From: Bacillota bacterium
Lineage (GTDB): Bacteria; Bacillota; Clostridia; Oscillospirales; Acutalibacteraceae
NCBI GenBank assembly: GCA_023420245.1
Contig: JAEZWL010000004.1
Span: 1 to 14,984, forward strand
Reading direction: 5' to 3'
Length of the DNA: 14,984 nt
The notes beneath the pieces are model-generated. The model was not told where the DNA came from and ran no database searches. It saw only the letters and a program-made list of their open reading frames with translations. The translations under genes were made by a program, and so were the position numbers. Within the stretch, counting starts at the first letter, position 1. Every line of letters starts with the position of its first letter. Shown piece after piece: positions 1 to 8,120 of this stretch.

Positions 1-287
1 TCTACAGAGGCGGCTTCTCCCTCATGAGATACTCCATTTCCGACACTGCCGAGTTCGGTGATTACGAAACCGGCAAGCGCCTTATCACCGAGGAGACCAA
101 AAAGGAAATGAAAAAGGTACTCACCGAAATTCAGGACGGCACCTTCGCTTCCAAGTGGATTGCCGAAAACAAGAACGGTCGTTCTCACTTCAACGCATGC
201 CGCCGCATCGGCGCCAGCCACCAGCTGGAGGAAGTCGGCAAGGAGCTGCGTAAAATGTATGCCTGGAACGACCAGCCGATAGACTAA
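1..287 (+). CDS. ilvC: ketol-acid reductoisomerase, C-terminal fragment (5' end lies outside window)
   Basis: Open frame from the window edge (codon phase begins at nt 3) to TAA at 285-287. Translation ...[68 protein letters not shown]...YAWNDQPID matches the conserved C-terminal domain of class I KARI enzymes. Confidence 0.85.
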   Translation, partial: YRGGFSLMRYSISDTAEFGDYETGKRLITEETKKEMKKVLTEIQDGTFASKWIAENKNGRSHFNACRRIGASHQLEEVGKELRKMYAWNDQPID

Positions 288-471
288 TTCAGGTTACATA
301 TTAATATATATAAATGATCAGGTAATTTTCCGCTGCTTTGATTTTGTTACTGATTCCCCGAATACGGTTTTATGATATCCTGTCCGTTTGGCTCAAGATA
401 TTTGTATGACACTTGTTTGGAAGTAGTAGTAATTTTGGAGACAGCGGATTTTTTTAAGGAGGATATGAACT

Positions 472-1206
472 ATGTGGAGCAGAGGAATTCTGAAATCCAA
501 TGCAAAAATAGCGCTCAGGGGGCGCTATTGGACCGCGTTCGGGGTATGCGCGGTGGCTATGCTAATCGCAGGTGCCTATTCCATGATTACCTACCCGATT
601 AATTCGTTGACTATGGCAGCGGCAAATTCGGGGGACTTGTCCAGCGTATTGGCATTCAGCGGAATATCCAGTTTGGCTTCTCTTGGGTCAATCTTGTTTT
701 TCGTGTTTGTCGCTTTGCCTCTTTCCATCGGTATGATGCGTTTTTTTGTGCAGAACCATTTTGGAGTCAGCCAGTTTGAAATTCTGTTCAGCCCGTTCCG
801 CCGCAATTATATGAACGGCGTGGGCGCCATGTTTGTAACCTATTTGTTTATCTGGCTCTGGACTTTTCTCCTTATTATTCCGGGTATTGTAAAGGCTTTG
901 CAATATTCGATGGTTCCCTTTATCCTCTCGGATAACCCCGATATGCCCGGGAGCCGCGCCCGCGAGATCAGCCGGCTTATGACGAACGGGCAGAAAGGCG
1001 CAATTTTTGTTCTGGGTCTTTCCTTTATCGGATGGTTTCTGCTGGGAACGCTTTGCTTAGGGGTTGGTACTTTGTTTGTGCTTCCTTACTTCGAGGCAAC
1101 CATGGCGGAGCTTTACATCTTCCTGCGTGACCGCGTGATTCAGACCAATCAGGTCAATCCCGCAGAGTTCGGTCTGTTGGTTCAGCAGCCCATGCCGGTT
1201 CAATAA
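472..1206 (+). CDS. DUF975-family polytopic membrane protein (function unknown)
   Basis: 244-aa ORF. AAGGAGG at about 456-462 lies 9 nt upstream of ATG 472. N-terminus MWSRGILKSNAKIALRGRYWTAFGVCAVAML is typical of DUF975 proteins. Several hydrophobic helices. An intrinsic terminator follows. Confidence 0.75.
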   Translation: MWSRGILKSNAKIALRGRYWTAFGVCAVAMLIAGAYSMITYPINSLTMAAANSGDLSSVLAFSGISSLASLGSILFFVFVALPLSIGMMRFFVQNHFGVSQFEILFSPFRRNYMNGVGAMFVTYLFIWLWTFLLIIPGIVKALQYSMVPFILSDNPDMPGSRAREISRLMTNGQKGAIFVLGLSFIGWFLLGTLCLGVGTLFVLPYFEATMAELYIFLRDRVIQTNQVNPAEFGLLVQQPMPVQ

Positions 1207-1214
1207 CAAAAACA

Positions 1215-1252
1215 GAGACTGCCGTGGAAATCCTCCGGCAGTCTTTTTTATT
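1215..1252 (+). terminator. Rho-independent terminator after the DUF975 gene
   Basis: GACTGCCG (1217-1224) and CGGCAGTC (1236-1243) form a perfect 8-bp stem, followed by TTTTTTATT. Confidence 0.8.
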
Positions 1253-1335
1253 CAACAAACCGCGATGAGGCTGGTTTTTTGGACGCTCTACTTTCCGTTT
1301 ACCGCAATTTTACGCACTCCTAATCGATACGTAGG

Positions 1336-1363
1336 TTGTTATTTCTATCTGTCATGCTATACT
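1336..1363 (+). promoter_or_regulatory. sigma-A type promoter for the XRE regulator gene
   Basis: TTGTTA, a 16-nt spacer, then TGcTATACT (extended -10) about 35 nt upstream of the AGGAGG/ATG at 1397. Confidence 0.5.
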
Positions 1364-1396
1364 CATATTCATAGCGAAATAAGGAGGACATGCTGT

Positions 1397-2251
1397 ATGG
1401 ACAATCAAAAAATAGGAAAATTTATTGCGGAGCTTCGCCGGGAAAAAGGTATGACGCAAAAGGAGCTTGCGGAAAGGCTCAATGTCACCGATAAAGCGGT
1501 TTCAAAGTGGGAACGGGGAGCGGGGTATCCGGAGGTTACGATGCTGCCGGAGCTGGCGGGGCTGCTTGAAATTACCGTCAGCGAGCTTTTACTGGGGGAA
1601 CGCAGCTCCTATTCTGAAGAGGAAAAGAAAACGGAAAGATTTGAACCGGATAGCATTGTCAACGGTGCGATTGAATATGCGGAGCAGTCCCGTGCGTACA
1701 AAAGCCTGAAAGTAAAAAGAATTGCCCTGGTGTCGATGACCTTCGCGTTCTTAACGGCGATTTTTGTCTGTATGCTCTGCAATTATATCATTGATAAGAC
1801 ATTCAGCTGGTCGCTGTACGTGGTCGGCAGTACCGGAACGGCGTGGCTGGTCACCGCTCCTTTGCTGATAAGGAAGCGCCATCGGGTGATTACCTCTCTT
1901 TTTGCCTTAACCTTGACTGTTGTTCCCCTGCTGATGCTGATTGAGCAGCTCTGCCCCGCGAAGAATTGGGTGTTCCCGTTCGGATTTTCCATTGCGCTTC
2001 TTTCTCTTGTCTTTCTTTGGATTTCCGTTCCCTTTTTTGTCTATACCAGAATCAACCGGTGGTATCTCGGCGGTTATGTTCTGATTTTATACGGCGTAGT
2101 CGCCAATGTGGTGATCAACACGATGACGGACCGTTTCCTGCAGGAGCCTGCGGGGGACCTTTCCACTCCGATTGTAGCCGCCTGCTGTGCTTTCACGGCG
2201 GCGTCCTTTGCAATCATCGGCTCGATAAAAAAGAAAGCGGATCGGGAATAA
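1397..2251 (+). CDS. membrane-anchored XRE-family helix-turn-helix transcriptional regulator
   Basis: The ORF-track frame opens at 1265, but the first ATG with an RBS (AGGAGG 1383-1388) is at 1397 (MDNQKIGKFIAELRREKGMTQKELAERLNVTDKAVSKWERG...). The N-terminus is a classic Cro/C1-type HTH. The C-terminal 170 aa contain 4-5 predicted TM helices. Confidence 0.8.
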   Translation: MDNQKIGKFIAELRREKGMTQKELAERLNVTDKAVSKWERGAGYPEVTMLPELAGLLEITVSELLLGERSSYSEEEKKTERFEPDSIVNGAIEYAEQSRAYKSLKVKRIALVSMTFAFLTAIFVCMLCNYIIDKTFSWSLYVVGSTGTAWLVTAPLLIRKRHRVITSLFALTLTVVPLLMLIEQLCPAKNWVFPFGFSIALLSLVFLWISVPFFVYTRINRWYLGGYVLILYGVVANVVINTMTDRFLQEPAGDLSTPIVAACCAFTAASFAIIGSIKKKADRE

Positions 2252-2267
2252 AGACGAAGGATATTCT

Positions 2268-2302
2268 AAGCGCGGTTCGCATTGCGGCACCGCGCTTTTT
2301 AT
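2268..2302 (+). terminator. Rho-independent terminator after the XRE regulator gene
   Basis: GCGCGGT and ACCGCGC form the stem around loop TCGCATTGCGGC, followed by TTTTTAT. Confidence 0.75.
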
Positions 2303-2540
2303 GATAGCCCCCCGCTGTGTCGAGATTTGCGAAAAGGCTTTCGCGCAAGTCAGATTCTGGGTCAGGGCTTTGCCCGTAAGGGAAGAACTGCGGCTATTTG
2401 TCGCAAAATGTCAGATTTTACCGTTCTGTCCTTTGGACTTACGTGAATTGTAGTTTATAAATACTATAGTAGAACTTTACCAAATAAAACTTGCAAAATT
2501 AGATTAAATCTGATATTTTATATACAGGAAATATAAATTA

Positions 2541-2555
2541 TTACAAAATTTGTAA
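2541..2555 (+). promoter_or_regulatory. 15-bp near-perfect palindrome TTACAAA-A-TTTGTAA in the AT-rich promoter region of the GGDEF gene (candidate operator)
   Basis: 7-bp perfect arms with a 1-nt centre, 35-50 nt upstream of ATG 2590. It is embedded in TATAAAT/TATTTT -10-like elements, and TTGCAA lies at about 2493. Confidence 0.35.
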
Positions 2556-2589
2556 ATGAATTCCAAAAAATATATGATCAGGTGGAATC

Positions 2590-3789
2590 ATGGAAGTTTT
2601 ATCCTTTCTGGAAACAAATATCCTGGCAATCATTATCCTGTTGATTATTTTTTTCAATTTACGAGAGCATTCTGAAAAATATCAATATGATCAAAAATTG
2701 TTTGCTGTTTTGCTTATCAGTAATCTTATCATTCTGGTTCTTGATTCAGTTTTATGGGTACTGAACGGTCAACCGGGTCAGGGGGCCCGTACCCTGAATC
2801 TTCTGCTTACCTCGGTTTATTTTATCATAAACCCGCTGCCTTGTCTGTTGTGGAGTGTTTATGTCAATTATCAAATTTTTCATAATTCTGAGCAGGCCAG
2901 AGCCAAGATGCTGTTTCTTTTTATCCCGGTCGGCGTGAATACGCTGCTTTCTATCATCAGCTGTTTCAGCGGAAGTTATTTCTATTTTGATAACTTTAAT
3001 GTTTACCACAGGGGAAAACTGTTTTTGCTTATGGCGACAATCTGCTGTCTTTACCTTTTCTCCTCGGTGGTACATGTGATCCTGAAAAGGAAGCAGGTGC
3101 AGAAAAGGTATTATGTTCCTTTAATCTCTTTTTCAATCCTGCCGATTGTGGGCGGATTTCTTCAGGTTGTTTTTTACGGAATTTCAATGGTCTGGATTTG
3201 TATGGCCGTCTCTGTTCTCATCATATTTATTAATGTGCAGAACAACCGTCTCTCAACAGATTACCTGACCGGTCTATGCAACCGAAGGCAGCTGGACAAT
3301 TACCTGAATGATCTGGCGGAAAGCAATTCGCGCGGGCTGCTGGCGGGGATTATGATCGATTTGGATTCTTTTAAGCAAATCAATGATTCCTATGGTCATA
3401 TCATCGGAGATCAGGCCTTGGAGAACGCCGCCAAAATACTAAAGAAAAGCTTCCGTAAAAATGATATGATTGCCCGTTACGGCGGGGATGAGTTTGTTGT
3501 GGTATTCGAAATGGATGAAAAAGCCGATCTGGCGAACGCGGTACGCCGCATAAAAGACAACGTAAAGCTTTTTAACAGCCGTGAGAGCAATCTGTATCAA
3601 ATTGAGTTCAGCATCGGCTACGACATTTACAATTTTAAATCCAATCGTACCCTCCAGCAGTTTCTAAAACATATTGATGAGCTGATGTATCTCGATAAAA
3701 AAAGTAAAAAAAACAGGTCCAGCTTCCGAAGTAATTTTGGTGCCCCGAATATGCAAAGCAGCGATTCCGAGCGGCGGATGGTCGAATAG
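2590..3789 (+). CDS. integral-membrane GGDEF-domain protein (putative diguanylate cyclase)
   Basis: AGGTGG lies 4 nt upstream of ATG. The N-terminal 220 aa have about 6-7 TM helices. The C-terminal domain has the hallmarks LTGLCNRR...IDLDSFKQINDSYGHIIGDQAL...RYGGDEFVVVF (GGDEF active-site motif). Confidence 0.9.
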   Translation: MEVLSFLETNILAIIILLIIFFNLREHSEKYQYDQKLFAVLLISNLIILVLDSVLWVLNGQPGQGARTLNLLLTSVYFIINPLPCLLWSVYVNYQIFHNSEQARAKMLFLFIPVGVNTLLSIISCFSGSYFYFDNFNVYHRGKLFLLMATICCLYLFSSVVHVILKRKQVQKRYYVPLISFSILPIVGGFLQVVFYGISMVWICMAVSVLIIFINVQNNRLSTDYLTGLCNRRQLDNYLNDLAESNSRGLLAGIMIDLDSFKQINDSYGHIIGDQALENAAKILKKSFRKNDMIARYGGDEFVVVFEMDEKADLANAVRRIKDNVKLFNSRESNLYQIEFSIGYDIYNFKSNRTLQQFLKHIDELMYLDKKSKKNRSSFRSNFGAPNMQSSDSERRMVE

Positions 3790-3967
3790 CCGGTGTGCGG
3801 AGGAACTGTTTTCGACTGTGCGGTACAAAAACCGGTCTTTGCCACCGGAGCCAGCGGGAAACTCCGGGTGGGCGAGGGAATAAAAGGAAATGTAAAATCA
3901 GGTTTGCTATCCTGTTTGATTTGTAGTAGTATTGAGGAAAACAACAAAGAAAACAGGAGGATATGAT

Positions 3968-6106
3968 ATGCCGACTATGCCGATTATGCTGATTGAGATT
4001 GCGGCTGCGATTGTGGCGGTTTATTTGATTATTTTTAAGATTCTGGGCTTAAGAGTCATCCATTCCGACGAGGTTGCGGTGGTCGAAAAGTGGTGGAGTG
4101 TCAAAGGCTCGCTTAAGGATTCCATTGTGGCGCTCCACGGTGAAGCCGGTTATGAGCCGAATTTGCTGCGCGGCGGCATTCATTTTAAATCCGTACTGAT
4201 GTACAAAATACATAAGTATCCCCTGATTACCATTCCACAGGGGCAAATTGCTTACATTTTTGCGCGCGACGGTATGCCGCTTTCGCCGACCCAAACGCTG
4301 GGCAAGGTCGTGCCGGAAGCGAATAACTTTCAGAATGTGCCCGGCTTTCTCCAGAACGGCGGTCAGCGCGGTCCGCAAAGAGGGATTCTAAGAGAAGGTA
4401 CCTACGCCATTAATCTGGCGCAGTTCATCGTGATTACCCCGAATGATATCAAGGCGATTTTCAGCGGCTCCAAGCAGGAACGCACGGAGCTGGTAAGCAT
4501 GCAGCAAACCCTCGCCGCAAGGGACGGCTTCCGCCCGGTTGTAATTATGGGGGACAGCAGTGAAACAAGCGACCTCATGGGAATCGTGACGGTGCACGAC
4601 GGCAAGCCGCTGGAAGAGGGAGAAATCATCGCTCCGAGTGTGGGCGAGCAACACGCGAGCTTTCAGGATCCGGAAAAATTTCTGGAGCTGGGCGGCAAAC
4701 GCGGCAAGCAGATTCAGGTGCTGATTGACGGTACCTATTATATTAACCGCCTGTTCGCAACGGTGGAATTCCGCCCGAAAACCGTTGTACCGATCGGCTT
4801 TGTCGGCGTGGTGGTGTCCTTCTTCGGGGAGGAAGGTAAGGATACGACGGGAGAAGATTACAAGCACGGCGAGCTGGTTGCGCCGGGCTGCAAGGGTGTG
4901 CTTGAAAAGCCCCTGATGCCGGGAAAATATGCCTTTAATACGGATGCCGGAAAGGTTGTTCTGGTACCTACCACGAACATTATTTTAAAATGGAACAAAT
5001 CAGAAACCGGTGACCATAAATACGATGAGAACCTCACCGAGGTCGATATCATCACGAAGGACGCGTTTGAGCCGTCGCTTCCGCTTTCCGTGGTTATGCA
5101 CATCGATTACAAGCAGGCTCCGTGGGTAATTCAGCGATTCGGTGATATCAGCATGCTGGTAAACCAATCTCTCGACCCGCTGGTAAGCGCGTATTTTAAA
5201 GATGTAGCGCAGACGAAAACTTTAATCGAGCTGATTCAGGAGCGCAGCGCCATCCGGGAACGTGCGGTGCTGGAAATGAAGGATAAATTCCAGAAGTATA
5301 ACCTTCAGCTGGAAGAAGTGCTGATCGGTACGCCGAAAACCTCTTCGGCAGACGTTCAAATAGAGAACATCCTTACCCAGCTGCGCGAGCGGCAGATTGC
5401 GGAGGAAAAGAAGGTCACCTACCAGAAGCAGCAGTCCGCGGCGGAAAGCGAAAAGTCGCTGCGCGAGGCGCAGGCCACGGCGGAGCAGCAGAGCTTTCTG
5501 ACCAAGTCAAAGATTGAAATTGAGATTGCCGGAAACACCGGAGCCGCCCTTGCGAGCAAGGCGGAGCAGGAAGCCAACCAGATCGTATCGCTCGCGAAAG
5601 CGAACGCGGAGAAAATCCGCCTCGAGGGCGAGGCGCAGGCCTCTATGGAAAGCAACGTCGGTCTGGCAAAGGCAAAGGCAATCGACGCGCAGGTCAAGGC
5701 TTACGGCGGCGCGGAATATCGTGTCATGCAGGAAATTGCCGACAAGCTCACCGACGCAATCAAAAATTCCAAGGTCGATATTGTTCCGAAAACCGTGGTC
5801 AACATGGGCGGCGGAGGCGGCAGCCAGGAGAACAGCGGCGGCAACAGCACCGTTATGGACACTCTGATGAAATTTATGACTCTGGATAAGCTCGGCGTTT
5901 CCCTACAGCATATTTCCGAGCCATCCACCACCGCGCAGGCAATTGAAGCGGCGGTCGGCGCGGCGGAGGCAGAGGCCGGGCAGAATGCGGTTCCGCCACA
6001 GGACGCTGCTTCCGCTCAGGCGGAGCCGGAAAAGAAGGAGAAGGAAGATAAACCGATGAAAGCTTCCAATCCGGACCTGAAGGAAAAAAAGGATATCAGG
6101 CTGTAA
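3968..6106 (+). CDS. flotillin-family (SPFH/band-7) membrane scaffold protein, YqiK/FloT-like, long form
   Basis: AGGAGG (3955-3960) lies 7 nt before the in-frame ATG 3968 (MPTMPIML...). The protein has one N-terminal TM helix and an extended SPFH-like region. It has an Ala/Glu/Lys/Gln-rich coiled-coil (AEQEANQIVSLAKANAEKIRLEGEAQA...) and GGAEYRVMQEIADKL...VDIVPKTVVNMGGGGGS, which parallels the FloT C-terminus. It ends in a Lys/Glu-rich tail. Confidence 0.8.
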   Translation: MPTMPIMLIEIAAAIVAVYLIIFKILGLRVIHSDEVAVVEKWWSVKGSLKDSIVALHGEAGYEPNLLRGGIHFKSVLMYKIHKYPLITIPQGQIAYIFARDGMPLSPTQTLGKVVPEANNFQNVPGFLQNGGQRGPQRGILREGTYAINLAQFIVITPNDIKAIFSGSKQERTELVSMQQTLAARDGFRPVVIMGDSSETSDLMGIVTVHDGKPLEEGEIIAPSVGEQHASFQDPEKFLELGGKRGKQIQVLIDGTYYINRLFATVEFRPKTVVPIGFVGVVVSFFGEEGKDTTGEDYKHGELVAPGCKGVLEKPLMPGKYAFNTDAGKVVLVPTTNIILKWNKSETGDHKYDENLTEVDIITKDAFEPSLPLSVVMHIDYKQAPWVIQRFGDISMLVNQSLDPLVSAYFKDVAQTKTLIELIQERSAIRERAVLEMKDKFQKYNLQLEEVLIGTPKTSSADVQIENILTQLRERQIAEEKKVTYQKQQSAAESEKSLREAQATAEQQSFLTKSKIEIEIAGNTGAALASKAEQEANQIVSLAKANAEKIRLEGEAQASMESNVGLAKAKAIDAQVKAYGGAEYRVMQEIADKLTDAIKNSKVDIVPKTVVNMGGGGGSQENSGGNSTVMDTLMKFMTLDKLGVSLQHISEPSTTAQAIEAAVGAAEAEAGQNAVPPQDAASAQAEPEKKEKEDKPMKASNPDLKEKKDIRL

Positions 6107-6142
6107 TAAATCTTATTTGTTAGCAAAACGTCATAAGGAATA

Positions 6143-6194
6143 GAAATGCGCTTTGAAACGGCCTTTTTTCGGGCCAAATCAAAGCGCATTTTTG
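6143..6194 (+). terminator. compound hairpin terminator after the flotillin gene
   Basis: AAATGCGCTTTGA (6144-6156) and TCAAAGCGCATTT (6179-6191) form a perfect 13-bp inverted repeat. It encloses a nested GGCC-TTTTTTC-GGGCC hairpin and is followed by TTTTT. A-rich 5' flank and U-rich 3' flank. Confidence 0.7.
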
Positions 6195-6355
6195 CGTACT
6201 GTTTCCGGTTCGTGCGGTCTGCCGCGACATGTCGAGGGTTGTCCGTTTTCGGTAACGGCATATTCCTTTCGACCTGTTTGGATAATATTTCTAAGAATAA
6301 TTTAAATTAAATTTACATTATCAAATAAAATAGCCTGTTGTCTTTGTCTCATTTC

Positions 6356-6364
6356 TGTTATAAT
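6356..6364 (+). promoter_or_regulatory. extended -10 promoter (TGtTATAAT) for the DUF523 operon
   Basis: Perfect TATAAT (6359-6364) with TG at -15/-14, about 38 nt upstream of ATG 6402. Strongly AT-rich upstream region. Confidence 0.5.
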
Positions 6365-6401
6365 ATTTTTATTGCGACTGTATCACGGAAAGGAATTCAG
6401 G

Positions 6402-6836
6402 ATGAATATTTTAGTCAGCGCCTGCCTGCTGGGCTTAAATTGCAGATATAAGGGAAATCATAAATACAGCGATAAGGTTGCCGCGTTAAGTGAAAACCAT
6501 AATTTAATCCCTGTCTGCCCGGAGCAGATGGGCGGAATGCCTACGCCGAGAAGCCCTGTTGAGCGTGTGGGCGGCAAGGCTCTGGATATTACCGGAAAAG
6601 ACGTGACCGAACCGTTTGTCAGGGGCGCGGAGGAAGTAGTCAAGCTGGCGCGGCTGTTCCATTGCGAGACCGCGATTTTAAAGAGCAAAAGTCCTTCCTG
6701 CGGAATGGTGCTTATTCACGACGGGAGTTTTTCCGGCGGTCTTGTGCAAGGCAACGGTTTTACCGCAGAAAAACTGCTGGCGGAGGGGATTCGCGTATTC
6801 AGTGAAGAAAACGCGGACAAAATAAACGGACGGTAA
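6402..6836 (+). CDS. DUF523-family protein (TudS-like putative Fe-S thio-nucleobase desulfidase fold)
   Basis: The in-frame ATG 6402 is preceded by GGAAAGGAA. The ORF-track start at 6372 is a TTG. MNILVSACLLGLNCRYKGNHKY...LIPVCPEQMGGMPTPR...LKSKSPSCG carries the conserved Cys pattern of DUF523. Confidence 0.75.
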   Translation: MNILVSACLLGLNCRYKGNHKYSDKVAALSENHNLIPVCPEQMGGMPTPRSPVERVGGKALDITGKDVTEPFVRGAEEVVKLARLFHCETAILKSKSPSCGMVLIHDGSFSGGLVQGNGFTAEKLLAEGIRVFSEENADKINGR

Positions 6837-6871
6837 CGCTGCGGAATGCGTTGAAGCGGAAGGAGACTTTT

Positions 6872-7657
6872 ATGGCGGATGATGACAAAAATCATTTGGA
6901 TCATTTTGAAATAGATCAACTCGATAAAGCGGAGGAAAAGAAGCTGAGCCGGAGAAGAAAGATCATCAGTATTGTTTCTTTGCTGTTGATTCTGGCTGTG
7001 TTCGTCGGTATTACCATGACGGTCGGCAGCAGACTGCTGGAATTGGTCGCTGACTCCAGCAAGTTCCGCCATTGGATTGAAGCACAGGGAATGTGGGGAA
7101 GGTTCACTTTTGTTGGCATTATGTGCCTTCAGGTTGTTGTTGCTATTATGCCCGGAGAGATTATTGAGATCGGCGCGGGCTACGCGTTCGGCGCGGTCGA
7201 GGGCATGGTTCTGTGCCTGATCGGCGCGGCAATTGGTTCCGCTATCATTTATGCGTTTACCAAACGGTATGGAGTCCGGATAGTGGAAGCGTTTATTTCA
7301 CGGGATAAAATCAACTCGATGAGGTTTATCCGGGATTCCAAGCGTCTGGATATTCTGGTGTTTATCCTCTTTTTTATCCCGGGTACCCCCAAAGACGTTA
7401 TTACGTATTTTATCGGACTTACGCCGATGTCTCTGCGTACATTCCTTATTATTTCCAGCATTGCGCGCATTCCCTCCGTCATCTCGTCCACGATCGGCGG
7501 GAACGCGCTGGGGATGAAAAATTACACCTTCGCTGTTCTGGTGTTTGCCATTACTGCGGTGGTCAGCCTGATCGGGTTATTGATTTATAATAAAATATCG
7601 AAACAGAAAGAGAAAGATGAGGATATCCATGAGAGTTCTGAGAATATTGACGTGTAA
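6872..7657 (+). CDS. TVP38/TMEM64 (SNARE-associated, DedA-like) family membrane protein
   Basis: GGAGA lies 5 nt before ATG 6872 (MADDDKNHLD...). The ORF-track start 6851 is a TTG. Multi-TM protein with the FFIPGTPKDVITYFIGLT motif typical of this family. Confidence 0.8.
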   Translation: MADDDKNHLDHFEIDQLDKAEEKKLSRRRKIISIVSLLLILAVFVGITMTVGSRLLELVADSSKFRHWIEAQGMWGRFTFVGIMCLQVVVAIMPGEIIEIGAGYAFGAVEGMVLCLIGAAIGSAIIYAFTKRYGVRIVEAFISRDKINSMRFIRDSKRLDILVFILFFIPGTPKDVITYFIGLTPMSLRTFLIISSIARIPSVISSTIGGNALGMKNYTFAVLVFAITAVVSLIGLLIYNKISKQKEKDEDIHESSENIDV

Positions 7658-8120
7658 TTCCCTGATTGTGATCGCTTTTGTATCGTGGGTAATTGCGCAG
7701 TTGATAAAAACAGCGGCATTTTATGTTGAAAATAAAACGATGAATTTTAAAAAGCTGTCCGAATCTGGAGGAATGCCGAGCGCGCACTCCGCACTGGTCT
7801 GTTCCGTAGCGGTTGCGACAGCCTACAAATACGGTCTGTCATCTACATATTTTTCATATGCGCTGATTCTGGCGATGATTGTAATGTATGACGCGATGGG
7901 CGTACGGCGCGCCGCCGGGGAACACGCACGGGCGCTCAACCGGATTCAGGAATACCTGAAGGAAAATTCCATGTCCCTGCCGGAAGAGAAGAGGTTCCGC
8001 CCCTACACCGAGAGAAGGCTCGACGAATCTCTGGGTCACCGCCCAATCGAGGTTCTGGCGGGCGCGACCCTCGGCGTTGTCGTCGCGGTTGTTTCCATCA
8101 CCTTTTTTCATCTGGCATAG
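7629..8120 (+). CDS. DUF212 / YuiD-like divergent PAP2 family membrane protein
   Basis: Hallmark GGMPSAHSA motif plus ...YDAMGVRRAAGEHA...LGHRPIEV. ATG 7629 has GAGGA 5 nt upstream. An alternative ATG at 7617 (ORF-track start) would also be in frame. Either start overlaps the end of the upstream gene, by 29 or 41 nt. Confidence 0.75.
   Translation: MRVLRILTCNSLIVIAFVSWVIAQLIKTAAFYVENKTMNFKKLSESGGMPSAHSALVCSVAVATAYKYGLSSTYFSYALILAMIVMYDAMGVRRAAGEHARALNRIQEYLKENSMSLPEEKRFRPYTERRLDESLGHRPIEVLAGATLGVVVAVVSITFFHLA

Noticed and set aside
1265-1396. Upstream extension of the XRE regulator ORF (ORF track starts at 1265)
   Set aside because: There is no start codon with an RBS before 1397. The region contains the promoter (TTGTTA-16-TGcTATACT) and the SD, so the open frame is non-coding leader.
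2300-2590. Possible c-di-GMP (GEMM) riboswitch upstream of the GGDEF gene
   Set aside because: The region is extremely AT-rich. It shows none of the GGCAAACC / GNRA-tetraloop-receptor signature helices of c-di-GMP-I or -II aptamers. It looks like promoter DNA.
4388-4867. 159-aa minus-strand ORF inside the flotillin gene (plus several 60-110 aa ORFs inside the flotillin, GGDEF, RuvB and GlmM genes)
   Set aside because: These are antisense or alternate-frame ORFs within strongly supported CDSs, and none has a convincing RBS. This is a normal consequence of mid/high-GC coding sequence.
6016-6261. 81-aa minus-strand ORF spanning the flotillin 3' end and the terminator region
   Set aside because: It runs through the 13-bp-stem terminator hairpin and into the flotillin CDS. 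It has only a marginal SD (spacing of 2-3 nt) and a low-complexity Ser/Phe-rich C-terminus.
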